A DNA stretch of 64,000 nucleotides from Candidatus Micrarchaeota archaeon (GTDB lineage: Archaea; Micrarchaeota; Micrarchaeia; Anstonellales; JAHKLY01): contig JAHKLY010000001.1 in assembly GCA_020854825.1 (NCBI GenBank), forward strand, positions 210,483 to 274,482. The letters are read 5' to 3'. The translations under genes were made by a program, and so were the position numbers. The notes beneath the pieces are model-generated. The model had not been told where the DNA came from and searched no databases. It worked only from the letters and a program-made list of their open reading frames with translations. Shown here piece after piece: positions 8,862 through 18,779 of this stretch (its first letter is position 1; every line of letters starts with the position of its first letter).

Positions 8862-11339
8862 TTACAAATAATCTGGGCAATACCATACGAACCCACAGGT
8901 TACTGTACATTCGGCTTCTTCATACATAGGAATTCCTGTTGGATCAGTCCAATTAGCAAATATGGTGTAAGTACTTCGGTATGAATCTGCACCACAGTTC
9001 CATTTTATTCGTTTAATATAATTAGGAGGAATTCTTGTTGATTCACTAATAGGGAAATAATTAGGAATTACACTCCCCTCCCAATTTACTCCACCTACAT
9101 TTATAATTATCTCATCACCATTATATAAAACTCCCCATTCTCCCTCTGCACTTCCTCCTTCTTCAATTTCTAAATCTGTGCAAAAGACATCTATGTCTAC
9201 GGGTTCTGGAGGGACACATTCTAATAGTATATTTACACAATTATCATCTTCTCTTGATTCCATTACATTAAATCTTGAGTCAGCACAGATAGTAAGAATA
9301 TGGTCTTCTTCTTCCTCTATTAAATATGAATATTCATGTGTTACACTTGAAAAAGGAGCAGTTAATGCAGTTGCAAAATCTATACATGTTCCCCAAGTAT
9401 CTCCAAAAGGTCTTCCTGTATTCGGGGCTCTATGTGGTGCATGTAAAGGTAGATTTGGATTATTAGTATTAGGTAATGGAGGAACTGAATAATCTGTATT
9501 ATCTAATTCATACCCATCTACTCTTCTTAATACAACATTTGTCCAGCTTGAATTTTCAGAACAAATTCCATTTGAATAAGTGCTAATGTTAATCGTCTGT
9601 GTTTCATTTACAATACAAGGACCCCTAAATAAAATTAATGGCCCCACATGTATTTCTTCTACGTCAGCCCTAACTCGTAAGTTAGTTTGAGACTCACAAA
9701 CAATAGTTAAATTTCCACAATTATTATTTTCGTTTATTTCCTTTACTTTATTGTAAACATCAGCACACACAGTAAAGGTAATATTCATATTAACTCCTAC
9801 TGGACAAGTAAATTCATTAGTATTAATTTGACTTTGTCTGGGATTTAAATTAGGAACTTCATAATAAGCAGGCATAAAATAATGAGGTACATCTGATCTT
9901 AATATAGTGGTGGATGTATTTTCAGTGTTTAATGAACCAATATTTGAAGTATTTATGTTAATTAAAACAAGGTCTCTTTCTCTTGCATATATAATCCCAT
10001 TGCCTAAAGGACTCGTTAAACTTGCAATTAAATCAGGTCCTTGAATAATAGGAACTTCAACTTCCCATTCATTTATCGGGTCATTACAATAAGGGGAAGT
10101 AGTATCAAAATATAATATGAAATTTATTTCGTCTCCAGGAGTATATGTTAAAGAAGCTTCTAATGTTCCTTCAACTATAAATAAAAATTCACCTGGTCCT
10201 GAACCTGGAGGAGTAATTTCTATATTATAAGGAGTATCTGGAGTAAAAATAAAGTCATGATTATTTGGTATTATGTTTGTAATATTAAATGGCATAGTAG
10301 TTCTATTTAAGAATAAATGAATTATTACATTTTGTGTTTCTCCTGGATTTATGACAATTGGAGAGCTTCCACTTCCATCAGTCACATACACATTATTAAT
10401 TTCAATTTGTGGATCTGCAACTATAAATTGATAATTTAATGTTTCACTAGGATTAAACCTGAACAAATTATCTATACAATTTGTTGATCCTTGACTAGGA
10501 AGACAATACTTTGTTATAACTGAGTATCTACTATTTGTACATAATTGTCCATCTGCATATCTTTTAGAAAAATATAAACATTTAACTTCATCAAGATTAA
10601 TATCAATAACATGTGTACCAATTTCAGAAACTGTAAATGAATTTGAGTAATCTTCTATTGGGCCATTATAAAACAAAGCCCCATCAATATAAACTTTAAG
10701 ATTTCCTTGGCAAATTAAACTTACATTTACGCCAGAATTAGGATAATTTATTGTTTCATCTTGTTTTGGATAAAATCTTACATTTGTTAATTGATTTAAA
10801 AAATCATTAAAAGAATTATAATAACAGCCGCTTGAAGTGGGATATACATCTGCAAAACATCCTTCACTAGTAGAATAATATCTGTTAATTCCTTCTTGAT
10901 CAAAAACAATTTTTAAATTATTTGTGGTTCCTGGGGGAGCACAACAGCTACCTGGGGCAGAAGGATTACAACCCATTCCTTGTATTCCATTTAAATCTAT
11001 ATGTGCAGACATTCCTAAATACATTTGATTTGTTTGGATATTTTCATTTAGATTAACATCTATATTAACTTCACCCGCACATATAACTGCATTAATAGGT
11101 AAATCACTAGGTTCATCACCAGAAAGAACAGTAGAACTAGTAGATATTATTTCGCTCATATATACTTGAAAAGGATTTGTTTGAATATATGTGTGAGGTC
11201 CTGATACTGGAGGAGGGCCCGGGTTTCTAATTTGATATAATTTTATTTGAGGAAAATTAAAATTTTCAGATTCAACCGCAAAAATATTGCTAATTAAAAC
11301 TAATGTTAAAATTATCACAACTGTTTTATTTACTTTCAT
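8862..11339 (-). CDS. Secreted Cys-rich protein with CARDB/Ig-like domains
   Basis: Signal peptide (IFA|VE); two CARDB-type ends CADVYNKVKEINENNNC and CADSRFNVMESREDDNC; PDL start motif. Confidence 0.75.
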   Translation of the reverse strand: MKVNKTVVIILTLVLISNIFAVESENFNFPQIKLYQIRNPGPPPVSGPHTYIQTNPFQVYMSEIISTSSTVLSGDEPSDLPINAVICAGEVNIDVNLNENIQTNQMYLGMSAHIDLNGIQGMGCNPSAPGSCCAPPGTTNNLKIVFDQEGINRYYSTSEGCFADVYPTSSGCYYNSFNDFLNQLTNVRFYPKQDETINYPNSGVNVSLICQGNLKVYIDGALFYNGPIEDYSNSFTVSEIGTHVIDINLDEVKCLYFSKRYADGQLCTNSRYSVITKYCLPSQGSTNCIDNLFRFNPSETLNYQFIVADPQIEINNVYVTDGSGSSPIVINPGETQNVIIHLFLNRTTMPFNITNIIPNNHDFIFTPDTPYNIEITPPGSGPGEFLFIVEGTLEASLTYTPGDEINFILYFDTTSPYCNDPINEWEVEVPIIQGPDLIASLTSPLGNGIIYARERDLVLININTSNIGSLNTENTSTTILRSDVPHYFMPAYYEVPNLNPRQSQINTNEFTCPVGVNMNITFTVCADVYNKVKEINENNNCGNLTIVCESQTNLRVRADVEEIHVGPLILFRGPCIVNETQTINISTYSNGICSENSSWTNVVLRRVDGYELDNTDYSVPPLPNTNNPNLPLHAPHRAPNTGRPFGDTWGTCIDFATALTAPFSSVTHEYSYLIEEEEDHILTICADSRFNVMESREDDNCVNILLECVPPEPVDIDVFCTDLEIEEGGSAEGEWGVLYNGDEIIINVGGVNWEGSVIPNYFPISESTRIPPNYIKRIKWNCGADSYRSTYTIFANWTDPTGIPMYEEAECTVTCGFVWYCPDYL

Positions 11340-11345
11340 ATATAT

Positions 11346-14300
11346 CTACCTCAATATTTCTATTCCTATTCCCCATTGGTTTATTGGGTCTTCTTCTTTT
11401 ATTATGGAATTTTTAAATTCTCCTCTTAATCTAATTTCGAAGGATTCTCTTCCTATATTTATTTTTCTTGTTATACTTACTCCTAATGTGCCAGTTGCAC
11501 CCAATCCCAGTATATGTCTTTGATTAATCTCTTCTCTATTATAAACAGCTAATGCACTTGCATCTGCCCCAATTCCCCAGTTTTTACCTATTGGAACATC
11601 AATATTTAAATTCATATTTGGAGACATAGTTAAATATCCACCACCTGCAAGTACTCCTTCAGGAGTTGTATATTCTAAATGTGTTCCTATGCCAATTTTA
11701 ATATTATTATTATTTTTTATTGGATTAATTAAAATCATTCCCCCTCCATATAATCTTTCAATATTTTTTTCATCGTAGAATTTTACTCCTCCATATATTG
11801 CAGTTTTATCTAAAAGTTTTCCAAAAATGGATTCAGATTTAGTTAAGGGTTGGACAACAGCACCTATTCCATATCTTATTTTTTTTTCTATTTCTTTTTC
11901 ATTATTTAATATAGATTCTAAATCTAGATCTGATAATATTTCTTCTCTTAGTGCTTTTAATGTAAGTATAGTCTTTAAAGGAACTATATGAAATCCCATT
12001 TCTGCTATTGCTCTTGTAGTTAATGCTTTTTCTGAAAAATTAGTTATTTCTTTTATATCATCTCTAGTCACAATAATTTCTCCACTTTCTCCGAGTATTT
12101 CTGCTGCATATTCAGTAGTTTCAAAACCCGCTTTAAAACTATAAAAATTTATTCCGTTTTCAGAATATAGTGATTTTATAGTTTTTGTAGAAAACATTGC
12201 ACCATATGTGTATGACGGGACCACACGAATATTAACTCTAGATCTAGCTTTTCCAACCATTGCACCAGAAATAATTTCAAATCTTCCTTCACTTACTGGA
12301 TCTCCGGAGATTGGGTCTCTACCAAATAATAGTTTATATGCTTCATCAATTGTAATTCTGTTTGCAGTTAAATCAGTAAGTACTTCATCTAACATACCTT
12401 CATAATCTGTGTAAGGGTCTGATCTATCTATATCCTTAATCAAAGGTCGTAGATACTCTTCTATATTCGCAATAAAATTAGTTTTTAAATTATTGTAGGC
12501 AATTGTTCCTCCGAATTGATCATATGTAGATAAGTTAGCAACAATTGTAATGTTTTCTAATCCTTCTTTTAAATAATTCGCAGTTTCTTGATAAGAATTT
12601 AGATCAGCTCCCGTTTCTAATTGAGGAACAGTAAAAGCAACTAAAACGTTTTGTATCTCTGAAGGCATGTTAACTTCCGGCATTTCTGTTATTTTTTCTC
12701 TTGAACCTATTATTATTTTTCCAACTAATGTAGGATTATCTGCAGGTTCCATTAATCTGATATACTCATGTTCAAATGGAAGTGCATATATTTTATATTC
12801 AGTTGATGATCCTTCTTCAGGAACTTCTCCTATATTTCTTGCATCTAATGTGTAATCAATTTTTCCATCTTCTCCTGCTTTTGTTATTTCACAAGAAACT
12901 ATTTTCCCTTCAGAATTTACTACATAAAGATAAATCCATGAATTTTTTGCTTCTTCGTCTTTAATTTTATTTTCATTTAATTTATTATTTTTATCTGTAC
13001 TAAAAAATGTTCCTCCATAAAATATTTGAGTATTAAATTGTAGATTAAATGAATTATCTGTCAAATCATCTATAATTAATGTTTGTCGCCCATCTCTTGT
13101 TTGTCTTCTTTGGAATAATAATTGAACTGTTACTAAATTTTCTTCTTTTAAAGTTGTTAAATCTCCAGTTATAACTCCTTCACGTTTGTCTAATATAACA
13201 TTTGATTTACCAACAGATAATTGTAGTTTTGTAACTCCTTGTGTTAATTTATCAAAATCAAATTCAGGGACATAAAACCCATTTGCCCCAAGAGATTCTA
13301 AAGAGTTCTTTAATTTTTGTCCTTCTGGTTTTGTCCAAAAATCCCATTCTTTCCAAGTGCAGATTAAGGAGTAATTTAATCCTAATCTTCCGCCCGCAGC
13401 AGTATACATTAAGAAGAACATTCTCTCATCTTTCATATTTTCAAGTGAATTCCTAATATCTCTTTTTGTTATATTTGGATTTAATTGTTTATTTATGTCT
13501 TCAGAAGATCTGACTATATATATCCAAGCTAAATCTGTCATTTTATCTAATATTTCTCTTGATTCTTCTTTTCCTTCTAAAACAAGATTCCTCATTTTTT
13601 CCATTGTCCATCCTTTTGAATCAGCAAATTTTTCTAGTTCTCCAAGAAGTTTTTCTGCATTTATATATGCATTAATGTGGTTTTTGATAGGGTATTTTAT
13701 AAAATCTCCCATTTTTCCTTCTTTTGTCATTATTTCATTAAATTCAGTGGAGCTTATTTTGTGGTCTCCATATCTATTACTAACACCATAGGTTAAACCA
13801 CACAATATGAATGCCAATTTATACTGTTCTTGTAGATAATTAGGTATTGAAGAATAAGAAACTATATTTGGATTATTATAATAAGATTGGATAGCAGTTT
13901 TTAGATTATTATCCATGAAACTCAATTTATAAATATCTTGTAATGTTAAGTTTTCTTTATTTGCTAGTACATACAATTCTTGTAATCTTGAATTTGATTC
14001 ACCAAATGTATTTTTTAATTCCAATGCAATTAAAATATTTGGAAGATTGATAAAACCTTTGGTAACTATATCTATCATTTCAGTTGTGGGGTTTCTCCAA
14101 TCTACATCTGTTGTTATTCTTAAATCTTCTAAAGATTCGACGATTAATGGATGTAACGTATTCATACCTATCATCCATCGTCTAAAATTACTATCCTTTG
14201 TAAATTGGTTAAAAAATAAATCTTTATTTTCATTGTTTATTCTTAAGTCTAAAGTTAATTCTCCTTGTTCATTTTTGGTGATTTCATATTTGATCATATT

Positions 14301-15251
14301 TGTACCATAGTATATATCTGCATATCTTATTAAATCAAAAACAATTCCATTTCTAAATTGTTTAAGATAATCTTCAAAATCAAATGTTGTTTGATTTGGA
14401 TTACCAATATTTACGAGATATATCTTATCTTCAATTGAAATCTCGGTTTTATTTATTTGTTCATACGTTTTTCCTTGTATATTTTCATAAGAACTTCCAA
14501 TAATTCCAGCAGTTTTTGAAGCATTAAATGATACATTAGATAATGTTCCATCTCCAAAATCATACCCACTTATAATTGCATCTAAGCTGACTTTACCCTC
14601 TAGTGCTGAATTTAAAATATCAATAATAGGCATATTTGTAACTAAACTTGGTTCTGTTTTACTAGGAACAATTCCAGTTAATTTTTCGTGGGTTACAAAA
14701 CCCCTATCAAAAAATTGATCATATAATTTATCAATCTGTATTATATTATCTTTTTGTTGTGCATCAAATTCTTTTTTTTTACCTTGGATAATTATAGAGG
14801 TATGGTAGGTTCTCAGAAATTCTTCTTGTATTTTATTTGTTTTGATAGTTCTTGTTTCTTTATGGATTGCATTAAATCTACTTCCAGGATTTATTTGTGT
14901 TTGTAAAAGAGTGTATACAATTCTCTGTGCTTCAATTTCTAATGATTCAGAAGTATTTTCTAAGGCAGTTTTAATATCTTTTTTTAATGCGTCATTATTT
15001 CTAATAAAATTTTGGTTTTCAAAAAAATTCATCAAAATATCTATTTTTGATTCAATTGTTGAATGCTGATTTCCCATACCATAATCACCTTCATAATTAT
15101 TATAATTATCTCTCTTTAAAAAAGTATTTAATAGTTCCTTTTCAATTAAAGGTTGGGCAAAACTCAATGTGCTTTGAAAAAGCATAGCTCCAGCTGCTAG
15201 TTTTATAGTAAAATTTCTAAATTTTTGATTTTTAAAAAAGTGCTTTTTCAT
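11346..15251 (-). CDS. Large secreted protein with predicted C-terminal beta-barrel-like domain
   Basis: Signal peptide (SFA|QP); FGRDPISG motif; last ~300 aa are Gly/aromatic alternating strands ending QWGIGIEILR. Confidence 0.65.
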   Translation of the reverse strand: MKKHFFKNQKFRNFTIKLAAGAMLFQSTLSFAQPLIEKELLNTFLKRDNYNNYEGDYGMGNQHSTIESKIDILMNFFENQNFIRNNDALKKDIKTALENTSESLEIEAQRIVYTLLQTQINPGSRFNAIHKETRTIKTNKIQEEFLRTYHTSIIIQGKKKEFDAQQKDNIIQIDKLYDQFFDRGFVTHEKLTGIVPSKTEPSLVTNMPIIDILNSALEGKVSLDAIISGYDFGDGTLSNVSFNASKTAGIIGSSYENIQGKTYEQINKTEISIEDKIYLVNIGNPNQTTFDFEDYLKQFRNGIVFDLIRYADIYYGTNMIKYEITKNEQGELTLDLRINNENKDLFFNQFTKDSNFRRWMIGMNTLHPLIVESLEDLRITTDVDWRNPTTEMIDIVTKGFINLPNILIALELKNTFGESNSRLQELYVLANKENLTLQDIYKLSFMDNNLKTAIQSYYNNPNIVSYSSIPNYLQEQYKLAFILCGLTYGVSNRYGDHKISSTEFNEIMTKEGKMGDFIKYPIKNHINAYINAEKLLGELEKFADSKGWTMEKMRNLVLEGKEESREILDKMTDLAWIYIVRSSEDINKQLNPNITKRDIRNSLENMKDERMFFLMYTAAGGRLGLNYSLICTWKEWDFWTKPEGQKLKNSLESLGANGFYVPEFDFDKLTQGVTKLQLSVGKSNVILDKREGVITGDLTTLKEENLVTVQLLFQRRQTRDGRQTLIIDDLTDNSFNLQFNTQIFYGGTFFSTDKNNKLNENKIKDEEAKNSWIYLYVVNSEGKIVSCEITKAGEDGKIDYTLDARNIGEVPEEGSSTEYKIYALPFEHEYIRLMEPADNPTLVGKIIIGSREKITEMPEVNMPSEIQNVLVAFTVPQLETGADLNSYQETANYLKEGLENITIVANLSTYDQFGGTIAYNNLKTNFIANIEEYLRPLIKDIDRSDPYTDYEGMLDEVLTDLTANRITIDEAYKLLFGRDPISGDPVSEGRFEIISGAMVGKARSRVNIRVVPSYTYGAMFSTKTIKSLYSENGINFYSFKAGFETTEYAAEILGESGEIIVTRDDIKEITNFSEKALTTRAIAEMGFHIVPLKTILTLKALREEILSDLDLESILNNEKEIEKKIRYGIGAVVQPLTKSESIFGKLLDKTAIYGGVKFYDEKNIERLYGGGMILINPIKNNNNIKIGIGTHLEYTTPEGVLAGGGYLTMSPNMNLNIDVPIGKNWGIGADASALAVYNREEINQRHILGLGATGTLGVSITRKINIGRESFEIRLRGEFKNSIIKEEDPINQWGIGIEILR

Positions 15252-15392
15252 ACTTAATATTTGTTAAGAAGTATATAAAAATGTTTATGAATTTGTAATT
15301 ATATTCATTTGTAATTGGTTTAAATTTTAAACTAACCTTTATAAAGTTTATTTTAGTAGATTGTTTATAAAACTTATTAAAATAGAGGTGAT

Positions 15393-16082
15393 ATGGTGGT
15401 AGATACTTCAATCATTATGACTGAATTAGCAACAAAATTCGGTGCAAATGCATTAAACGTGATTTATGCTATCCTTTGGGTAATAGTAGGATTATTAATA
15501 GCTAAAATTATTGGAATTGCATTAAGACATGCATTTGAAAAGTTAGGAATAGAAAGAAAAATTAAAGAAAAGCGATTACATAATGCATTATTAGGATTTA
15601 CAATAACAGGAACAATAGCATTCTTATTTGAATTAGCAGTATTTATTGTATTCCTAGGTTTTGCAGCAGAAACATTGAATGTATTATTCTTTACAAATCT
15701 AGTTCTTACTTCAATAGAATGGATTAGAATGATTGGAATGGCAATAATAATAATTTTCATAGGTATGTTTGTAGGGGAATTATTAAGCAATAAAGTTGAA
15801 AGTAGTAAAATTGCATTTTCCAATTGGTGGAGTATTGCATTAGAAGTCTTTATTGTTTATATAACAATAATAATGGCATTAGGAGTATTTGTAGATCCAA
15901 GCACAAATACAAGAGTTTTTGAAGGAGCGATTAATCTATTGATTTATTCATTTACAATAGCAATTGCAGCAGTATTTATTGCAGTAGGATTAGGAATGGG
16001 AATTGCAATAGGTCTTGGAGGCCAAGATATTGTTAAATCTGTTTTGAAAAAGAAACAGACCGATATTGAAAAACTTTTCTAA
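15393..16082 (+). CDS. Conserved TM-helix (MscS N-terminal-like/CmpX-like) membrane protein
   Basis: Multiple TM helices; typical C-terminal GIAIGLGG motif; GAGGTGA RBS. Confidence 0.7.
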   Translation: MVVDTSIIMTELATKFGANALNVIYAILWVIVGLLIAKIIGIALRHAFEKLGIERKIKEKRLHNALLGFTITGTIAFLFELAVFIVFLGFAAETLNVLFFTNLVLTSIEWIRMIGMAIIIIFIGMFVGELLSNKVESSKIAFSNWWSIALEVFIVYITIIMALGVFVDPSTNTRVFEGAINLLIYSFTIAIAAVFIAVGLGMGIAIGLGGQDIVKSVLKKKQTDIEKLF

Positions 16083-16109
16083 GTTTTCTTCTTTTTTTAT
16101 TTTTATGAA

Positions 16110-16225
16110 TCTTTCTTTTTGGTTGAGCTTTTGACATCTTTGATGTCAAATTTTTAAACATTTTTCAAATGTTTAAAAGCTTTTACTTTCTTTTCTAAAG
16201 AAAGAAAAAGGTTAAAAGTAAAAAA
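16110..16225. repeat. Hairpin/mirror-repeat module with nested double-hairpin insert
   Basis: TTTGACATC-TTT-GATGTCAAA and TTTTAAACATTT-TTC-AAATGTTTAAAA hairpins between AGCTTTT direct repeats (16126-16132, 16178-16184); TTTCTTT/AAAGAAA tracts. Confidence 0.7.
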
Positions 16226-16422
16226 TGGACCTGGGGGGAATTGTTCTGCGAATCAAAATTGAAGTCAAAATTCTTCGAATTTTGAGATCCTTTTTGAACG
16301 CGTTGCGTTCAAAATCTCAACGCTTCGCGTTGAACCCCCGGCCTCCTGCATTCCCGAGTCCTTTCTTTTCCCTAAAAGAAAGGCTATGCCAAGCAGGCGC
16401 GCTACCGCTGCGCCACAGGCCC
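16226..16422 (-). tRNA. tRNA-Ala(GGC) with two introns (37/38 and 58/59)
   Basis: Exons 16422-16387, 16350-16330 and 16240-16226 join to a 72-nt cloverleaf GGGCCTG...CCTGC-TTGGCAT-GCAGG...GGGGG-TTCAATT-CCCCC-CAGGTCC-A with G3:U70; introns 36 and 89 nt. Confidence 0.92.
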
Positions 16423-16455
16423 ATATCAATATTATTCTTAGTTTATTTTAAAAGA

Positions 16456-16798
16456 TTAACTTATAATTTTAAATTCAATTACAAGCACACCAAACTTTTT
16501 TCATCTTTTCTTGAATAGTATTTATACATTGAGTTATTAGCAGATTCAATAGTTTTATGTCCTTTTTCATATTTTTTGAGATCATAATTTTCATAAGCTT
16601 CTTCAAAAGTTTTGAATTTATCCAGTTCAATAGCATCTACTTTTAGACTTTCTTTATTTTCCGGGCTTCTATAGAAAACAATAGTTATTTTATATTTAGA
16701 TTCTGCCTTTTTTCATCAAAAAGCCATATTTCTATTTTTTTATCACCTTTCCTTATCTGCTCAAATGGAATAGGATTAAGATGCATTATGTGTTGTAT
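16456..16798 (-). pseudogene. ASCH domain protein pseudogene
   Basis: HIMHLNPIPFEQIRKGDKKIEIWLFDEKRQ, frameshift, TIVFY...FKTFEEAY...MYKYYSRKDEK, frameshift, FGVLVIEF; ATA at the expected start position. Confidence 0.75.
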
Positions 16799-16828
16799 TT
16801 CAATTACCTAATTAGAATAAAAAGAAAG

Positions 16829-17059
16829 TTATGAAGGAGAAATGTAAACTACAGAATCTCCTCTTAATAATATTGTTCCAAATCCTTTCTGAACTTCACC
16901 ATCTTTTAAAAATTCAGCTTTTTCTAAAACAATATTCATGTGTATATCATAAGATACCATCACTCCTCTAAATTCAACATGACCTTTTAAACCAATAACC
17001 ACTGTGTTGTTTAATGCTGTGTTTAAAACATCAAATGGTCTTCTTTTTTGTTCCTCCAT
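16829..17059 (-). CDS. Sm-like archaeal protein (SmAP/Lsm)
   Basis: RPFDVL, YDIHMNIVL (Sm1), LLRGDSVVYIS (Sm2). Confidence 0.95.
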   Translation of the reverse strand: MEEQKRRPFDVLNTALNNTVVIGLKGHVEFRGVMVSYDIHMNIVLEKAEFLKDGEVQKGFGTILLRGDSVVYISPS

Positions 17060-17122
17060 TTAATCACCTCTAAAAAAACAAAAGTTTTCTTATTATTAAT
17101 TTTTATGTAAAACAATTTAAAC

Positions 17123-17581
17123 TTATAGGTTATCCATTTTGATTACAGTATCAGCAGTATTTTTTAATGCGATACTAAATCCAGGCTCTCCTCCTATTAC
17201 AATTGTTTCTTTTCCATGTTCTTTTGCTTTAACTAAAACAGGCCTGAAATCTGTATCTCTTGTCATTAATGCAATAACATCAATATGTGGATTAAATATT
17301 TGTTCAATGGCCTCACATGCCATAGTTACATCTACATCTCCAGAAGTTATTACTGGTTGATATCCTTGATTAATCATTGCTTCAATTAATTTATCTGATG
17401 CATATTGGTCAAGAAATACCTTTCCTATTTTAATTTTTCCATATTTCTTTAATTCTTTTTTTAATGCGTCTAAATCTAAATGCATATCTTTTCTTATAAC
17501 ATTTGGACCGTCTATAAAAAGAGCAATATTTTTATCATTTTTCTTTTTAAGTAAATGTCCGATCTTTTCTAGAACTGTCAT
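17123..17581 (-). CDS. NYN domain protein (TIGR00288-like)
   Basis: IDGPNV, GDVDV, TRDTDF, ALKNTAD. Confidence 0.9.
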   Translation of the reverse strand: MTVLEKIGHLLKKKNDKNIALFIDGPNVIRKDMHLDLDALKKELKKYGKIKIGKVFLDQYASDKLIEAMINQGYQPVITSGDVDVTMACEAIEQIFNPHIDVIALMTRDTDFRPVLVKAKEHGKETIVIGGEPGFSIALKNTADTVIKMDNL

Positions 17582-17593
17582 TATTATTACCTC

Positions 17594-18295
17594 CTATATA
17601 TTGAAGAAATTTTTTGCATTTTCGTATGTTTTTTCTTCAACTTTTTCTTCTGAAACACCGAGGGCATCTGATATAATTGAAATACTTTTATAAATGTCAA
17701 ATAAATTTTTGCCCAAATAAGGTGCATCAGTTTCTATTACTAGATTATGCAAGCCAACATCTTTTATTACTTTCTTTTTTAAGTCTGATTTAATTGGAGG
17801 AATTGAAATTAACATATTATGTTTAACTGCTTTTTTAGCAGAATCTCTATTACCAGAATAACAATGCAATAGAACAGGTAATTCAAAATTTATCAATCGA
17901 TCTATGACTTCATCTTCTGCTTTTCTTGAATGTATTAGAACTGGAAGTTTTAATTCTTCTGCTAAACACAACATTTTTTCAAAAACAATTTTTTCATTTT
18001 TTATTTGTTCTTTAGTTTTACCCCAATGATAATCTAATCCGATTTCTCCTATTGCTATTGGTTTTTGATGTTTTATAAATTCAATCCATTCATCAACGAT
18101 TGTTAAATCATTTAAATCTAATACTGTATGTGGGGCAATACCTAATGCACAATATACGGATTTATATATTTTACCTATTTCAACAGCCTTTTGATTAGCT
18201 TCGTGTGAATACCCACAGGTAACTGCAATTTGATTATTTATAAATTCTATTTTATTAAATTTATCTAAATGACAGTGTGTATCAAAAATAACCAT
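17594..18295 (-). CDS. tatD: TatD family nuclease
   Basis: DTHCHL, IGEIGLDY, IHSRKA, HCYSG, ETDAPY; true start at 18295, the longer ORF is antisense to aIF5A. Confidence 0.92.
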   Translation of the reverse strand: MVIFDTHCHLDKFNKIEFINNQIAVTCGYSHEANQKAVEIGKIYKSVYCALGIAPHTVLDLNDLTIVDEWIEFIKHQKPIAIGEIGLDYHWGKTKEQIKNEKIVFEKMLCLAEELKLPVLIHSRKAEDEVIDRLINFELPVLLHCYSGNRDSAKKAVKHNMLISIPPIKSDLKKKVIKDVGLHNLVIETDAPYLGKNLFDIYKSISIISDALGVSEEKVEEKTYENAKNFFNI

Positions 18296-18368
18296 GCTAA
18301 AATAAGCAATCATTAACTTTATAAAGTCTAACCTATAATAAGATTTACTTATTCTTCTAGGTGATAAT

Positions 18369-18770
18369 ATGACAGGGGAAAAATTATATGTGGACTCAAA
18401 AAGTTTAAAAGTAGGAAAATACATGTTGATTGAAGACATCCCATGTAGGATAGTTAATATTGAAACTTCCAGACCAGGGAAACACGGGCATGCAAAAATG
18501 AGAATAACTGGAGTGGGAATATTTGATGGACAAAAAAAACAATGGCTTGGAGCAGGAGGACATGATGTTGAAGTTCCAATTATTACAAGGAGTAATGCAC
18601 AAGTTGTTTCTGTATCTGGAAATAGTGCACAATTAATGGATGTTAAAACATATGAAATATTTGAATTGCCAATTCCAGAAGAAATGATGTCAGAGGCAGA
18701 AGCAGGAGCAGAAGCTGAATTATTAGAGGCCATGGGCAGAAAAACAATTCAAAGAATTAAGAAAGCATAG
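18369..18770 (+). CDS. eif5A: Translation factor aIF5A
   Basis: Hypusine loop SRPGKHGHAK. Confidence 0.96.
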   Translation: MTGEKLYVDSKSLKVGKYMLIEDIPCRIVNIETSRPGKHGHAKMRITGVGIFDGQKKQWLGAGGHDVEVPIITRSNAQVVSVSGNSAQLMDVKTYEIFELPIPEEMMSEAEAGAEAELLEAMGRKTIQRIKKA

Positions 18771-18779
18771 GTGGGAGTT

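Noticed and set aside
16225-16518. 97-aa plus-strand ORF
   Set aside because: Antisense to the intron-containing tRNA-Ala and the ASCH remnant
18296-18733. TatD N-terminal fusion domain
   Set aside because: Antisense shadow of aIF5A; the TatD motif begins at MVIFDTHCH
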